Shown here: one piece after another, positions 18,723 to 29,429 of the stretch | Position numbering within the stretch: the first letter of the stretch is position 1 | Layout of the letters: every line of letters starts with the position of its first letter | Source: an uncultured archaeon | GTDB lineage: Archaea; Asgardarchaeota; Thorarchaeia; Thorarchaeales; Thorarchaeaceae | DNA length: 62,138 nt | Assembly: GCA_964558645.1 (NCBI GenBank) | Contig: CAZLEV010000015.1 | Location: forward strand, 1 to 62,138 | Direction of reading: 5' to 3' | Made by a program: the position numbers and the translations under genes | Notes under the pieces: model-generated | Seen by the model: the letters and a program-made list of their open reading frames with translations, nothing else | Told to the model about the DNA's origin: nothing | Database searches by the model: none

Positions 18723-20141
18723 ATGCAGAGTCTACAAGAAGATAAGAAAGAGGGATCAGCTACGGAGGACCGTGATTCCATCACCAATGCCCCTCCGCAT
18801 GGCGAAGACGGGGAGTCTACTGAGGGCAAGAGCGTCATAGCGTCACTGAGAAGAGTCTTCTCGTGGCGGAACTATGTCGTCTATTTACTAACGTCGTGGA
18901 CCTTCAGCGCACTGGCTATTATGGATGGTTTTCGGAATCTCTATCTGCGGAACCTTGGCTGGGATTTCATCTTGATTGGTGTCGTTGCGAGTACCACTGG
19001 TGTGGTGGCTGCACTTTCGAGACTTGGAGGGGGATACATTGGGGACAACTATGATAGAAGGGCACTCTCTGTCGTGGCGATGGCCGTATCAGCGGCGTAT
19101 TACTTTATGATTGGCATTAGTGATGCGTTCATCATTGTGTTCATCGCACTTAACACCTATGCCCTGACGAACTTGGCAAAAGGAGGCTCCACGGCCTTCA
19201 TCATGGATAATATCCCGAAGAGCGACAGCGGATTTGCGCTCTCAATCTTCAATGCTGGAAAGTCCTTGGGGGTCGTCACACTTCTAGTATTCTCAGCTCT
19301 GATTCCAGTCTTTGGATTCGGCCAAGGCTTTCGGATTTTGTATCTCTTCACCGGAATTTCCCTGCTGATATGCGCGGTCATACGTGAACGTCTGCTACTG
19401 CCAGCTGAGGAGAATAGGACACGAGAGAGAACATTGTCTCTCTTCAGGGACTTTCTGCAAGAGAATGCCAATGCCCTTCGACACCTGTTCTCCCTTATCC
19501 CGGGCGTCTTCCTTGTTGTCATTGTCGATGCGCTAAGTGATGATATGTTCCACTTTGGAGCCCTTATCTATTCAAACGAAATTATCGGAGTCTCGATTAG
19601 TGGAATCACTATCATTATGCTTGTCTCCTTACTTCTTATAGGACCACTTGTCTTGAAGGTTGGTCGCATGTCTGATAGAAGGGGAATCAAAAGAGCGGGA
19701 ACTGCTGTGTATACTCTCATGCCTGTTTCTGCACTTCTGCTTGTCCTTGCTTCTTACATGACCTTCTGGGCGCCCATCGAGCTCTATGTCTTAGCGGAAT
19801 CGCTGTGGCCCGGATTGGGTGCAATCTTCACAGTTCCCTTTGTCGCCATCGTACTGAAAAATGTCAATGATCTGCTCTGGTGGGTTCTGCTCATCACAAT
19901 AATCCAGAAGTCCCTTCCAAGGACGGATACAGCCAAGATGCTTGCCTGTTTCTGGTTCACGGTGTATGTAGTAAGGGCGATTGGCCCTCTGATTGCAGGG
20001 TACATCTTCCAGTATTCCAGTCCCGTCCTCCTCTTCGTCATCGTATTCTTCATGAATCTTCTCATCTTGGGGTTGATCCATCTGGGAGCTTTGGATGTCA
20101 ACGGAGAAGAGATACCTGAAGTAGAAAGGGAGGAAACTTAA
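18723..20141 (+). CDS. MFS transporter
   Basis: GYIGDNYDRR and GRMSDRRGIK motif A; about 12 TM segments. Confidence 0.92.
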   Translation: MQSLQEDKKEGSATEDRDSITNAPPHGEDGESTEGKSVIASLRRVFSWRNYVVYLLTSWTFSALAIMDGFRNLYLRNLGWDFILIGVVASTTGVVAALSRLGGGYIGDNYDRRALSVVAMAVSAAYYFMIGISDAFIIVFIALNTYALTNLAKGGSTAFIMDNIPKSDSGFALSIFNAGKSLGVVTLLVFSALIPVFGFGQGFRILYLFTGISLLICAVIRERLLLPAEENRTRERTLSLFRDFLQENANALRHLFSLIPGVFLVVIVDALSDDMFHFGALIYSNEIIGVSISGITIIMLVSLLLIGPLVLKVGRMSDRRGIKRAGTAVYTLMPVSALLLVLASYMTFWAPIELYVLAESLWPGLGAIFTVPFVAIVLKNVNDLLWWVLLITIIQKSLPRTDTAKMLACFWFTVYVVRAIGPLIAGYIFQYSSPVLLFVIVFFMNLLILGLIHLGALDVNGEEIPEVEREET

Positions 20142-20203
20142 GGCCTGCCTGCTCCCATTGCAGGTGTCGAACAGACATTCCATTCCAGACGAGGAACCCC
20201 GAG

Positions 20204-20842
20204 ATGGATTTTCAAGAGCGCGTTGATGAGGTCATGAAACGGCTGAGGAAGACCTATCCTGATGCCCCGCCCACATACCTGGATTACAGTAATGCATTCG
20301 AGATGACAATTGCTACTATTCTCTCAGCTCACACAACTGACAAAAGCGTGAATTCGGTCACTCCAGAACTCTTCGATAGGTATCCAGACCCGAAGGCCCT
20401 GAAGGAGGCAGACCCCGATGAGGTCAAGGAGATCATTAGACCCGCGGGCATGTACAACCGGAAAACCGAATACATCATGAAGACCGCCAAGATGCTGGTT
20501 GAAGACTTCGGGGGAGAAGTTCCAACGACCATCAAGGATCTATCCAAGATGCCCGGCATATCACGGAAGACAGCCAATGTGATTCTTCAGACTGTGTTTG
20601 AAATCAACGAGGGCGTGGTTGTCGACACACACATTCAGAGAGTCACTCAGCGTCTGGAATTCTCCGAAGAAGAACGCCCAGAGAAGATCGAGAAGGATTT
20701 GATGGATATTCTCCCCAAAGACGAATGGGACGACTATGCACGCATAATCGGTGCTCATGGGAGAGAGATTTGTACAGCCAAGTCTCCAGACTGCCCGGCC
20801 TGTCCGGTAAACGATCTGTGCCCATCAGCACAGTTGGAGTAA
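20204..20842 (+). CDS. nth: Endonuclease III
   Basis: MPGISRKTAN, VVDTH, C-x6-C-x2-C-x5-C. Confidence 0.93.
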   Translation: MDFQERVDEVMKRLRKTYPDAPPTYLDYSNAFEMTIATILSAHTTDKSVNSVTPELFDRYPDPKALKEADPDEVKEIIRPAGMYNRKTEYIMKTAKMLVEDFGGEVPTTIKDLSKMPGISRKTANVILQTVFEINEGVVVDTHIQRVTQRLEFSEEERPEKIEKDLMDILPKDEWDDYARIIGAHGREICTAKSPDCPACPVNDLCPSAQLE

Positions 20843-20916
20843 GACAGACAGGAGCTTTTATCAGAACAGTCCCGGCCTCGAATGTAGTCAACCATAATCA
20901 GAAAGGTGAGGACTGA

Positions 20917-22014
20917 TTGAAGATAGGCATGGTGAGCAAGTTTGGGGCGGGAGACGGCCTCTGCGTCAGGGCTGATGCAGTCATGACAGGGCTGCTTTCA
21001 AGGGGCCATGAGGTCCATGCCTTTACTCAGTCCCGAAACGTGCATCCGCTACCAGAAGAGCATATTCATAAATTTCGAGCTTTTCATCTCAATCCCCATT
21101 TTTCCATAGACTCCGTAGATGCGCCCAACATGATCGCACGAGAGTCGCAGAAGCATCACATTGATGTTTTACACGCCCAGATGAACTCGGGATCCACAGA
21201 CTTCGTCTTACCATTCTTCAAAAGAGCACTCCCACCCCTGGTTGTCACATACCACTTGGCTTATTCTGGTTCCGACTCATTCCTTGGAACCGTGTTTGAT
21301 ATTGCGAATAAAGTATCGCTCTATGCAGGTAGGAGATACGACGCGATTATACTGGTCCACCCACTGCAAAAGCGAATCTTCCTAGAGAACGGTTTCCAAG
21401 AGGATATGTTACACATCATACCAAACGGAGTGGATACCCATCGGTTTTGTCCAACACCTATGGAGAGAGATGACCATATTGTTGATTACATCTATGTTGG
21501 ACGGCTGAGCCTCGACAAGGGCGTCGATATAGCAATCAATGCCTTCAGAGAGTATCACAGAGAGAACCCAGATACACGACTCACCCTCATCGGAGATGGA
21601 ATGCTGAAATCCATGCTTGTGCGCCGAGGAGACCTCAATAACGGTATCCGTTGGATGGGAAGAGTTCCTCATAACAGGGTGGATTATTTCCTCAAAAGGG
21701 CTGATGTGTTCGTGGCGCCGATGAATATTGGACCACTCACTTGTTCATTAAGCGTCTTAGAAGGCATGAGTTGTGGGCTACCCTTGATAGCAACCAGAGT
21801 GCGAGATGCAGAGAAGCTTCTAAGTCCTTCGGAGAGTGTGCTGGTGAAACCCCAATCTGTCAGAGAAGTTGTTGATGCAATGAGACTAATGGCAGAGGAC
21901 AAAACAAAGAGGGTGGCAATGGGCATGAAGTGTCGGGAACGAGTTCTTCGAGAGAGCTCTTGGGAGAAACAGGTAGAACTCATTGTGGGGGTCTACAGAG
22001 AGATTATGGAATAG
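20917..22014 (+). CDS. GT4 glycosyltransferase
   Basis: IPNGVD, VGRLSLDKG, LEGMSCGLP. Confidence 0.9.
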   Translation: MKIGMVSKFGAGDGLCVRADAVMTGLLSRGHEVHAFTQSRNVHPLPEEHIHKFRAFHLNPHFSIDSVDAPNMIARESQKHHIDVLHAQMNSGSTDFVLPFFKRALPPLVVTYHLAYSGSDSFLGTVFDIANKVSLYAGRRYDAIILVHPLQKRIFLENGFQEDMLHIIPNGVDTHRFCPTPMERDDHIVDYIYVGRLSLDKGVDIAINAFREYHRENPDTRLTLIGDGMLKSMLVRRGDLNNGIRWMGRVPHNRVDYFLKRADVFVAPMNIGPLTCSLSVLEGMSCGLPLIATRVRDAEKLLSPSESVLVKPQSVREVVDAMRLMAEDKTKRVAMGMKCRERVLRESSWEKQVELIVGVYREIME

Positions 22015-22283
22015 ATATCCTCCACATCTCATATCCCTGAAGCCCAGCTAGCGCATAGAAGTAGGCATGCAATCCGTCTTTTTGAAACAGGTTCCATCTC
22101 GATTTCATACAGGAGAATAGACCAGACTTTTGACTATCAGTGGAGAGGAACGCAGGCAGGTACAGGGATTCGATACAGGGCACCAACTTAGTATGTCATC
22201 TCCAAGACATTGAAAAGGAGAGACCCTGTCTCCAGAGATGGACAGAGTAAAGTTCACCTGTCGATCTCGAAGGTGGAAATCAG

Positions 22284-23579
22284 ATGCTGCACATCAGATT
22301 CATGCGTGATAATCAAGAGATTGTGCGAGCGAATCTCCAGAAACGCAAAGAGAGTGAGAAGCTCGCAGAATTCGAGAAAATGCTTGACATGGACGAAGAG
22401 GCCAGACGACTGAGAAGAGAAGCACAGAAGTTGAGAGCGGAACGAAACAGCCTATCCCGGGAGATTGGCAAGCTCAAACAAGCGGGTCGGGATGCCCCAG
22501 ACCTCATCAAGAGAGTCAACGATGTCAATGAGTCTATCGCAGAAGTCGAAGGAAAGGCTGAGAAGCTTGAGGCCGAGATAAGGTCCATTCAAATGGCTAT
22601 CCCAAATATCTTGCATGAGAGTGTTCCTTACGGTGAGGGTGAAGAGGACAACGAACTCGTAAGAGAATGGGGGGGTCGTCCTGAGTTCGACTTTGAAGTG
22701 AAGAGTCATGTTGACCTGCTTGAGGAGTTGGACCTAGCAGACATAGGCAGAGCGGCTAAGATTGCGGGATCCAGATTCTACTACCTGAAGAATGAACTTG
22801 TTCTGCTTGACCTTGCAATGATGAGAATGGGCCTAGAGATGTTGCGAGAGAGAAGATTCGTGCCTATCTATCCACCCTTCATGATGAGAAGAGAGCCCTA
22901 TGAAGGCGTTACAGACCTTAGTGATTTTGAGAACGTCATGTACAAGATTGAAGGCGAGGACCTGTATCTCATCGCTACTGCGGAGCATCCGATTGCAGCA
23001 ATGTATATGGATGAAATCTTCGAGCCCAACGACTTGCCCATCAGGTTTGCAGGAGTGAGCACCTGTTTCAGAAAAGAAGCGGGCTCACATGGAAAGGATA
23101 CAAAGGGCATCTTTCGGGTACACCAATTCAACAAGGTGGAACAGTTCGTTTTTAGCCACCCCGATGACTCCTGGAAAATCCACGAGGAACTCATCGCAAA
23201 TGCTGAGGAGTATTTCCAGCGACTCAATCTACCCTATAGAATTGTGAACATCTGTACAGGAGATATAGGAATAGTAGCAGCTAAGAAGCTCGATTTGGAA
23301 CTATGGATGCCGGGTCAGGAGAAATACAGGGAGGCTGTTTCCTGCAGCAACTGTACCGCCTATCAGAGTACCCGATTGAACGTCAAATTTCGACTTGAGA
23401 AGGGAGGACTTGAGAAGGACTATGTCCATACTCTGAACAGCACGATGGTCGCCAATCCAAGGACGATTGTAGCCATTATGGAGAACTACCAGAGAGCAGA
23501 CGGCAGTATCCAGATTCCAAAGGTGCTTCATCAATACCTTCCATCCGATATGCGGGAAATAGTACCTAAAGATGTCTAG
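22284..23579 (+). CDS. serS: Serine--tRNA ligase
   Basis: N-terminal coiled coil, TAE, FRKEAG, RVHQFNKVEQF, HTLNST. Confidence 0.97.
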   Translation: MLHIRFMRDNQEIVRANLQKRKESEKLAEFEKMLDMDEEARRLRREAQKLRAERNSLSREIGKLKQAGRDAPDLIKRVNDVNESIAEVEGKAEKLEAEIRSIQMAIPNILHESVPYGEGEEDNELVREWGGRPEFDFEVKSHVDLLEELDLADIGRAAKIAGSRFYYLKNELVLLDLAMMRMGLEMLRERRFVPIYPPFMMRREPYEGVTDLSDFENVMYKIEGEDLYLIATAEHPIAAMYMDEIFEPNDLPIRFAGVSTCFRKEAGSHGKDTKGIFRVHQFNKVEQFVFSHPDDSWKIHEELIANAEEYFQRLNLPYRIVNICTGDIGIVAAKKLDLELWMPGQEKYREAVSCSNCTAYQSTRLNVKFRLEKGGLEKDYVHTLNSTMVANPRTIVAIMENYQRADGSIQIPKVLHQYLPSDMREIVPKDV

Positions 23580-24805
23580 AGACCTTTCTTCAGAGTCATT
23601 TTGATTGCATCGTCAATAGACTTCTGTAGACTGGGCGGAAGATCGGGCGCCTTCAGCTGTACGAAACCATTCACAATCAGCGTAGTGGCTTCTTCCTCAG
23701 TCAGCCCACGCGACATTAGATAGTTCAGTTGTTCCGCACCGACCTTCCCGACTGTCGCCTCATGGCTGAGCTCAACTCCTTCAGAACTGGCACGAAGTGC
23801 AGGCACGGCGCCTATCTCAGCCTCATCACTCAGCAAGAGACCATTGCACTCGAGGCGGGCCTTAGCTCCACTATGTTTCCCTATGAGGTCACCACGAGCA
23901 ATAATCTCAGACTGCTCCGTGGCAATACTGCGCGATATTATCTTCCCACTTGATGCAGGTGCTTCAAGAATGAGTGCACCTCCCACATCATATTTCGACT
24001 TCTTGGTTCCGTAAACAACCGAATACAGGTCAGCACGAGATTGTCGCCCTGTAAGCCGGACCTTTGGAAAGGTCTGGATAGAACGAAGGGGACTGAGTAT
24101 TGCATAGCTGGATACAAACACTCCGTTATCCTCTACTATGGCTGCAGACCGAGGGCGGATGTCCATCTTGTCGCTCCACTTGTGAACCATGGTGAAAGTC
24201 AGCCGAGCATCCCTCTTGACGTAAAACTCGGAGACACCAAGGTGTAGGGAACGTTCAATATCACTAGGGGTGGCACACCCTGTGATGATATGCATCTCTG
24301 AACCCTCCTCGGCAATGATGATATTGTGAACATTCTGGACAGATCTACCTTTCTTGAGGACAAGACAGCTCTGAACCGGCATGTGAATCCTATGCCCTGC
24401 CTTTGCGCGGATGAAGTATCCATCGTAGCGCTCCAGTTCACTTGCTGCTGTGTACTTGTCGGTGTCAACAGGAACTGCATTCCATAGATAGTCTGACAAC
24501 CAGTCATACCGCTCTAGGGCAGCACTGGTAGGTAACACCTCGAGGCCCTCTTGGTCGATCATGACATCAGCCAGAATGCTCTCGTTATCGAACTGGAGAA
24601 ATGATCCAGATGCTCGTTTCTCCGAAACGTCAAATCCAACTTCTGAAACGAGATCTCTATCTCCCTCAGAGATTTCATCTAGGTTCAGCGATGCGGGCCG
24701 GTCACGACTGAACTCAAACTCGCCAAGGTCGATGTCTTCACCATAAGTTGCTGGCTTCTTCTTGGCTGCTTCAGCACGCTTCCGTTTCTCTCCGGTATCT
24801 GCCAT
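23576..24805 (-). CDS. sufB: SufB/SufD (SmsB) Fe-S scaffold
   Basis: HIITGC, ELSHEATVGK, YLMSRGL. Confidence 0.92.
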   Translation of the reverse strand: MADTGEKRKRAEAAKKKPATYGEDIDLGEFEFSRDRPASLNLDEISEGDRDLVSEVGFDVSEKRASGSFLQFDNESILADVMIDQEGLEVLPTSAALERYDWLSDYLWNAVPVDTDKYTAASELERYDGYFIRAKAGHRIHMPVQSCLVLKKGRSVQNVHNIIIAEEGSEMHIITGCATPSDIERSLHLGVSEFYVKRDARLTFTMVHKWSDKMDIRPRSAAIVEDNGVFVSSYAILSPLRSIQTFPKVRLTGRQSRADLYSVVYGTKKSKYDVGGALILEAPASSGKIISRSIATEQSEIIARGDLIGKHSGAKARLECNGLLLSDEAEIGAVPALRASSEGVELSHEATVGKVGAEQLNYLMSRGLTEEEATTLIVNGFVQLKAPDLPPSLQKSIDDAIKMTLKKGL

Positions 24806-24823
24806 CCTCTGTCCTCCTGGATC

Positions 24824-25597
24824 TCAACTTGCAGCCTGAGCTAGGAACTTGTCGTAACCCTTCTCCTCGAGTTCGGGAATGATATCCATATCTCCAGCAT
24901 AGGCTAGACGACCAGACTCTAGAATGTAGACCCTCTCGACCTCGACGAATTCCAACACATAACGGTGATGACTGATTATGACCATGGTAGAGTTCCCCTT
25001 CTCTTTCATAGCCTTCAGTTCGCGTCCAACAACTTTGAGCGAGTCATAATCAAGACCACTGTCAGGTTCATCCAAAAAGACCACATCCGGCCGCATGGAC
25101 AGGACTTGAAAGAGCTCACTTCGCTTCAGTTCCCCCCCTGAGAATCCCTCATTGAGGTCTCGGTCAGCAAGATTTTCGATTCCAAGTCGTTCAAAGTCAT
25201 CATAGAGCTCCTGCCGACACATACATGTCTCACCCATGAGTTCCTCATCCGGCTCTTTGCAGGAATAATCAGGACATATACGACAGATGAAATCCTCAAG
25301 CTTGACACCCGAGATAGCAGGAGGGGTCTGAAAGGCATAGGCAATACCCATCTTCGCGCGCTCTGTGATACTCTTGTCCAGTATCGATTCGCCTTTGTAG
25401 ATAATATCTCCACCCTTGACCTCGTACTCAGGAAGACCCATGACAGCCTTTGCCACAGTGGACTTTCCTGATGCATTGGGCCCAAGAACTGCATAGACTT
25501 TTCCGCGCTCAAACTGAAGATCAAGCCCTCGGAGAATAGGTATCCCGTTGGCTTCTACTCTCAGGCCTCTGATATCTAGGAGTACATCAGCTGTCAT
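24824..25597 (-). CDS. sufC: SufC (SmsC) ABC ATPase
   Basis: GPNASGKST, NEGFSGGELKR, LDEPDSGLD; adjacent to sufB. Confidence 0.92.
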   Translation of the reverse strand: MTADVLLDIRGLRVEANGIPILRGLDLQFERGKVYAVLGPNASGKSTVAKAVMGLPEYEVKGGDIIYKGESILDKSITERAKMGIAYAFQTPPAISGVKLEDFICRICPDYSCKEPDEELMGETCMCRQELYDDFERLGIENLADRDLNEGFSGGELKRSELFQVLSMRPDVVFLDEPDSGLDYDSLKVVGRELKAMKEKGNSTMVIISHHRYVLEFVEVERVYILESGRLAYAGDMDIIPELEEKGYDKFLAQAAS

Positions 25598-25664
25598 TCC
25601 AATCCACCAGGTCTTCTCTCAACTGCCAGATGTGTGATTTTAAGCGTGTTGCTGTGAAGAGATA

Positions 25665-26093
25665 CTACTTGGTGTATGTGCCCATCAACTGATCAGATTC
25701 GATTTTGTGTTCCTCACACTTATCTTTGAACGTATCTTTAGATACGCCTTCAAGACGGGGAACATCAAGCGCATAGAGAGTGAAGTAGTACCTATGTGTG
25801 CCAGATGGGGGAGCAGGTCCACCATATCTAGTGATCCCAAAGTCGCTCTCAACCTCAACTCCGCGGGGGTTCTCTCCCCTTGGTATCGAGCGAACCTCTG
25901 GGGGGATGCTATGTACTAACCAGTGTATCCAGTCACCAACTGGCGCATCAGGATCATTACACATGAGCGCGAAACTCTTGGTCCCTTCTGGTACGTTCGA
26001 CCATTCGAGGTGAGGGCTTAGATTATCATTGCGATAGGCACACATATCGGGGATTGGACCGCCGTGCTCGAAATCATCACTTCTTAAATCCAT
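25665..26093 (-). CDS. PEBP family (YbhB/YbcL)
   Basis: DPDAP, WIHW, YGGPAPPSGTHRY. Confidence 0.92.
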   Translation of the reverse strand: MDLRSDDFEHGGPIPDMCAYRNDNLSPHLEWSNVPEGTKSFALMCNDPDAPVGDWIHWLVHSIPPEVRSIPRGENPRGVEVESDFGITRYGGPAPPSGTHRYYFTLYALDVPRLEGVSKDTFKDKCEEHKIESDQLMGTYTK

Positions 26094-26169
26094 GGAACTC
26101 CACCTTCATCATACCTGACTAGTGAAACAGGGGCCTACTTGGTTCTTTCCAAAGTGGAAGGTTGGTACA

Positions 26170-26637
26170 TCATTCACGGATATCAGAAGAGGGAGAGATA
26201 CTCTCCGCCATATCAGTCAGCCAGTCTGCTGCCCACCTCACGTAGACATCACATCTGTTCTGGACATAGGGTTTCTCGCGAGCTGCGCCGGCTGGATTCA
26301 TCTCACCACGATCCATGGCTTTGAGGAACCTGCATCGCACAGTGCCCCAATCTTCTGTGAACTCTGTAATCATCCTGTTCACTAGTGATCGAGCCAAGGT
26401 ACGTTTCCTATCGAATTCATTGGGTGTTTCAGTACCATCAGATCCATAAATCAGACCGATGCACGCCGAGGCTCCACTCACGGCACCGCATATCTCCCCG
26501 GAACCTCCAATACCCCCGCCGAGTATGGAAGCAATCTTCATACATGATGCATTGAAGTTGGGTAAGGAAACCTCTCGGTCAACTCCAAGCATCACACTCT
26601 CAGCACAGTTGAAGGATAGACCGTCCCTAGTTTCCAT
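26170..26637 (-). CDS. C_GCAxxG_C_C putative redox protein
   Basis: NCAESV, ICGAVSG, VRC, NRC. Confidence 0.85.
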   Translation of the reverse strand: METRDGLSFNCAESVMLGVDREVSLPNFNASCMKIASILGGGIGGSGEICGAVSGASACIGLIYGSDGTETPNEFDRKRTLARSLVNRMITEFTEDWGTVRCRFLKAMDRGEMNPAGAAREKPYVQNRCDVYVRWAADWLTDMAESISPSSDIRE

Positions 26638-26758
26638 GTATACTCACGAAGATGCAGGCCTCGACATCATAACAAAAAAGTTCGTATTGTTACCTTCGCC
26701 TGCGGTCGAAGCAGCATGCTTAATACCCACTTGACACCAGCCAGAACGGGGAAGGACC

Positions 26759-27226
26759 TTGACTACTGTTCAACAATCGTTTGAGAACTTGATTGCGCTT
26801 GCAATCGAGAGAGAAGAGGAAGCCTATGAGTTTTATATGTCAGCTGCTGAAGAGGCTGAGACCCAGGCATCCACGAAACTCCTGAGAGAGCTTGCCCAAC
26901 AGGAGATAGGCCACAAAGAGAAGTTGAAGGCTGCACTCAAAGAGGATGTCTGCAGTACTTTCGGTTGCACACTGGAAGAGATGAGAGAGCTTAGTCTCGG
27001 GGACTACCTCAAGGACATCCCCTTGAAACCTTCTTCGTCTCCACAGGAGATCCTTATCGTCGCAATCAAGAGGGAAGAGGGGGCATTCCAGTTCTACAAG
27101 TCCCTATCTGAGTTGACAGAAGACCCAAGTCACCGAGTAGTATTCGAAACTCTGGCAAAGGAAGAACAGAATCACAAGCAGCGTCTCGAACGCATGTATG
27201 ACGATGTCTTCCAACCAGATATGTGA
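26759..27226 (+). CDS. Rubrerythrin/ferritin-like protein
   Basis: Twofold AI.REE.A..FY...EExxH pattern. Confidence 0.88.
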   Translation: MTTVQQSFENLIALAIEREEEAYEFYMSAAEEAETQASTKLLRELAQQEIGHKEKLKAALKEDVCSTFGCTLEEMRELSLGDYLKDIPLKPSSSPQEILIVAIKREEGAFQFYKSLSELTEDPSHRVVFETLAKEEQNHKQRLERMYDDVFQPDM

Positions 27227-27262
27227 GGGAAAGAGGGCCTCTCGAGGCGTCCTGCTGCAGCT

Positions 27263-28543
27263 CTACCTCTCATGCAGATTTGGTGCCGCAAGAAATGTAA
27301 GTCCGCGCTTGGTGAGCTCCGCAGCAGTCCGATTAAGTGAATTGTGCTTATCCAAGTAGTTGCGGCGGAGATAGTCCATCTCGCCTTTGTCAAGAATATC
27401 CTGCTTTGGACGGAAGTAATCCAGAATGTCACTGGGGTGCTCCCGCGTCTTATCAATCTCTGGAACCGCGCCCTCATGCTTCGCGCTTATGTTTTTTACA
27501 TGATCGGCAAGATCCAGAAGCTCATCCAGTCGGTCGTAGGGTTGTCTGACGATGCTCTTGTAGGTCTCCGTAATGTGATGCTCAATCCGAACTACATCTG
27601 TGAAGCCGAAACTCTTTCTTATGTACGCGGCCATCTCGATAGTCTCATTATTCACGCTGTTTGCCAGATTGAAGCCAATGAGAGGGGTCGTCCCATCATC
27701 TCGACTGAAGAGTTTTGCAGTCAGGAGGGTCCAGAGACAGGCGTAGGGATTGTCATTACCCATATAGACGCTGATCTTGAACTCTATGTCAATGCCAAGC
27801 TTGTGCATCATATATCCAATGAGAACACTTCCAGGATTGATGTTCAGAACCTGCTTGACTCCGTATGTGGTGTAGTAGTGAAGATACTCGTCAGCCCAGT
27901 CTATTGGAAAACGATTGGGCATACCAACTCCGCCAAAATAACCAGTGATAGTCTCAGGACCACCAAGATGGATGTTTGTTGGCAAACCATCTGGGCCTGG
28001 TTTGGTTCCTTTGGTATCCAATGTTTCCACATAAGAGGATCCAACAACCTGCATCGCAGCAGCAAAGGCCAGAATCTGGTTGTCTTCTACTTGCTCAGCC
28101 ATGTTTCGTACACGGATGAACCTACCCGGCATCAGATCTTGATTCTCGATCGCCACTTTGGCCTCGTCGATAAGCCAGGGGAAATACTGGCAGGCGCTGA
28201 TTTCTAGAGTCACAGCGAAACTATCGTCGAAGTCCATTGACTCTACCTTGTCACCCAGTATCTTCCGCCGATACTCGGGGACGGAAATGAAGGCACCGTC
28301 ATCTCGTTGTTCCTGGAGCCAGAGTATGTCCTCTGTGAAAGGGGAATCGGCCTCTTCAAGACGCGCCATCAGATTCTCAAGCTTACGAGCCTCTCTGGCC
28401 TTTCGGTTTATCTCGTCGACACCACCGTGCTTTTCTACTACCTCAAGAATGTCATTGACAAGAGGGTTATCCTCCTCAAGGAGGAAGCCATTGACCTCTT
28501 CGAGTCGCCCGTTTGTGATATTGAGTCTGTGCCTGTCGGTCAT
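27263..28543 (-). CDS. Conserved hypothetical protein (~426 aa)
   Basis: Long ORF with enzyme-like conserved-looking blocks; function not recognised. Confidence 0.8.
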   Translation of the reverse strand: MTDRHRLNITNGRLEEVNGFLLEEDNPLVNDILEVVEKHGGVDEINRKAREARKLENLMARLEEADSPFTEDILWLQEQRDDGAFISVPEYRRKILGDKVESMDFDDSFAVTLEISACQYFPWLIDEAKVAIENQDLMPGRFIRVRNMAEQVEDNQILAFAAAMQVVGSSYVETLDTKGTKPGPDGLPTNIHLGGPETITGYFGGVGMPNRFPIDWADEYLHYYTTYGVKQVLNINPGSVLIGYMMHKLGIDIEFKISVYMGNDNPYACLWTLLTAKLFSRDDGTTPLIGFNLANSVNNETIEMAAYIRKSFGFTDVVRIEHHITETYKSIVRQPYDRLDELLDLADHVKNISAKHEGAVPEIDKTREHPSDILDYFRPKQDILDKGEMDYLRRNYLDKHNSLNRTAAELTKRGLTFLAAPNLHER

Positions 28544-28732
28544 GTCCCAGCCATCCTGTGAACAACCATCAGAGGACTGTACTACCAAATAAACGATTCT
28601 GACAGAGCGATGAGAGAGTTGGCAGAAAATATCTTCATGAAATCACAGATCAGACTGAGAATCCCCAATCGGTGGCATGTCGGTCGAGAGCAGGACAAGA
28701 TATGTCAGCCCTGATTGGGAGCTGACGAGAAC

Positions 28733-29335
28733 TCAGACCTTCCTTAGATGGACAACGGAATCCTCGACCATATGTTCGATTTCTACTGGGGCCTCGCTTC
28801 GTCCAACGTTAAGGCCCCTCAGGTAGTTTCTCACATTGGGTCCCACCACTACTGCAATGATGCCGCCTGCGGTAACCTGAATCCAGTTCACAAATAGGAG
28901 TTCCTCCAAAGCCACAGCCGGACCGAAGAGTACATACTCAAAGAAATAGTATCCAGCCAACATGGCAAGAGCTCCAAGAATGATTCCAGCGATATCCCAG
29001 GGTGTAATCGTTGATGAATCCCTCGATCTAACAGCAAGCAATCCAACAAGAAGGCCCTCTGTTCCCTTAACCACGAAGGTTATCGGCGCAAAATGGCTGA
29101 AGCCCAGGGCAACATCAGCAAACGCCGAGCCTACACCACCTGCAAAGAAACCGCCAACAGGACCAAGCAATAGTCCGCTAATCATGACAAGTGAGTCGCC
29201 AAAATTCAGATACCCCGTACTGGTTGGAAAGGGAATGGATATGATCATTGTTGCCACAGTGGTCAGTCCAGTGAATATAGCAGTCAGTACCAAGTAAACA
29301 GTGGGATTCAATGTGCTTGCACTCCATCGCTTCAA
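28733..29335 (-). CDS. ECF transporter S component
   Basis: GYLNFGDS, GGVGSAFAD, TFVVKG. Confidence 0.88.
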   Translation of the reverse strand: MKRWSASTLNPTVYLVLTAIFTGLTTVATMIISIPFPTSTGYLNFGDSLVMISGLLLGPVGGFFAGGVGSAFADVALGFSHFAPITFVVKGTEGLLVGLLAVRSRDSSTITPWDIAGIILGALAMLAGYYFFEYVLFGPAVALEELLFVNWIQVTAGGIIAVVVGPNVRNYLRGLNVGRSEAPVEIEHMVEDSVVHLRKV

Positions 29336-29429
29336 TCTGTTCTTCCTCCGTCCTGCAGGTCAGCAGGGACAGGCACAACTCGCCCATAGATATATATAAG
29401 TTTGAGCCTATATATAGGCTCGATTCTCT

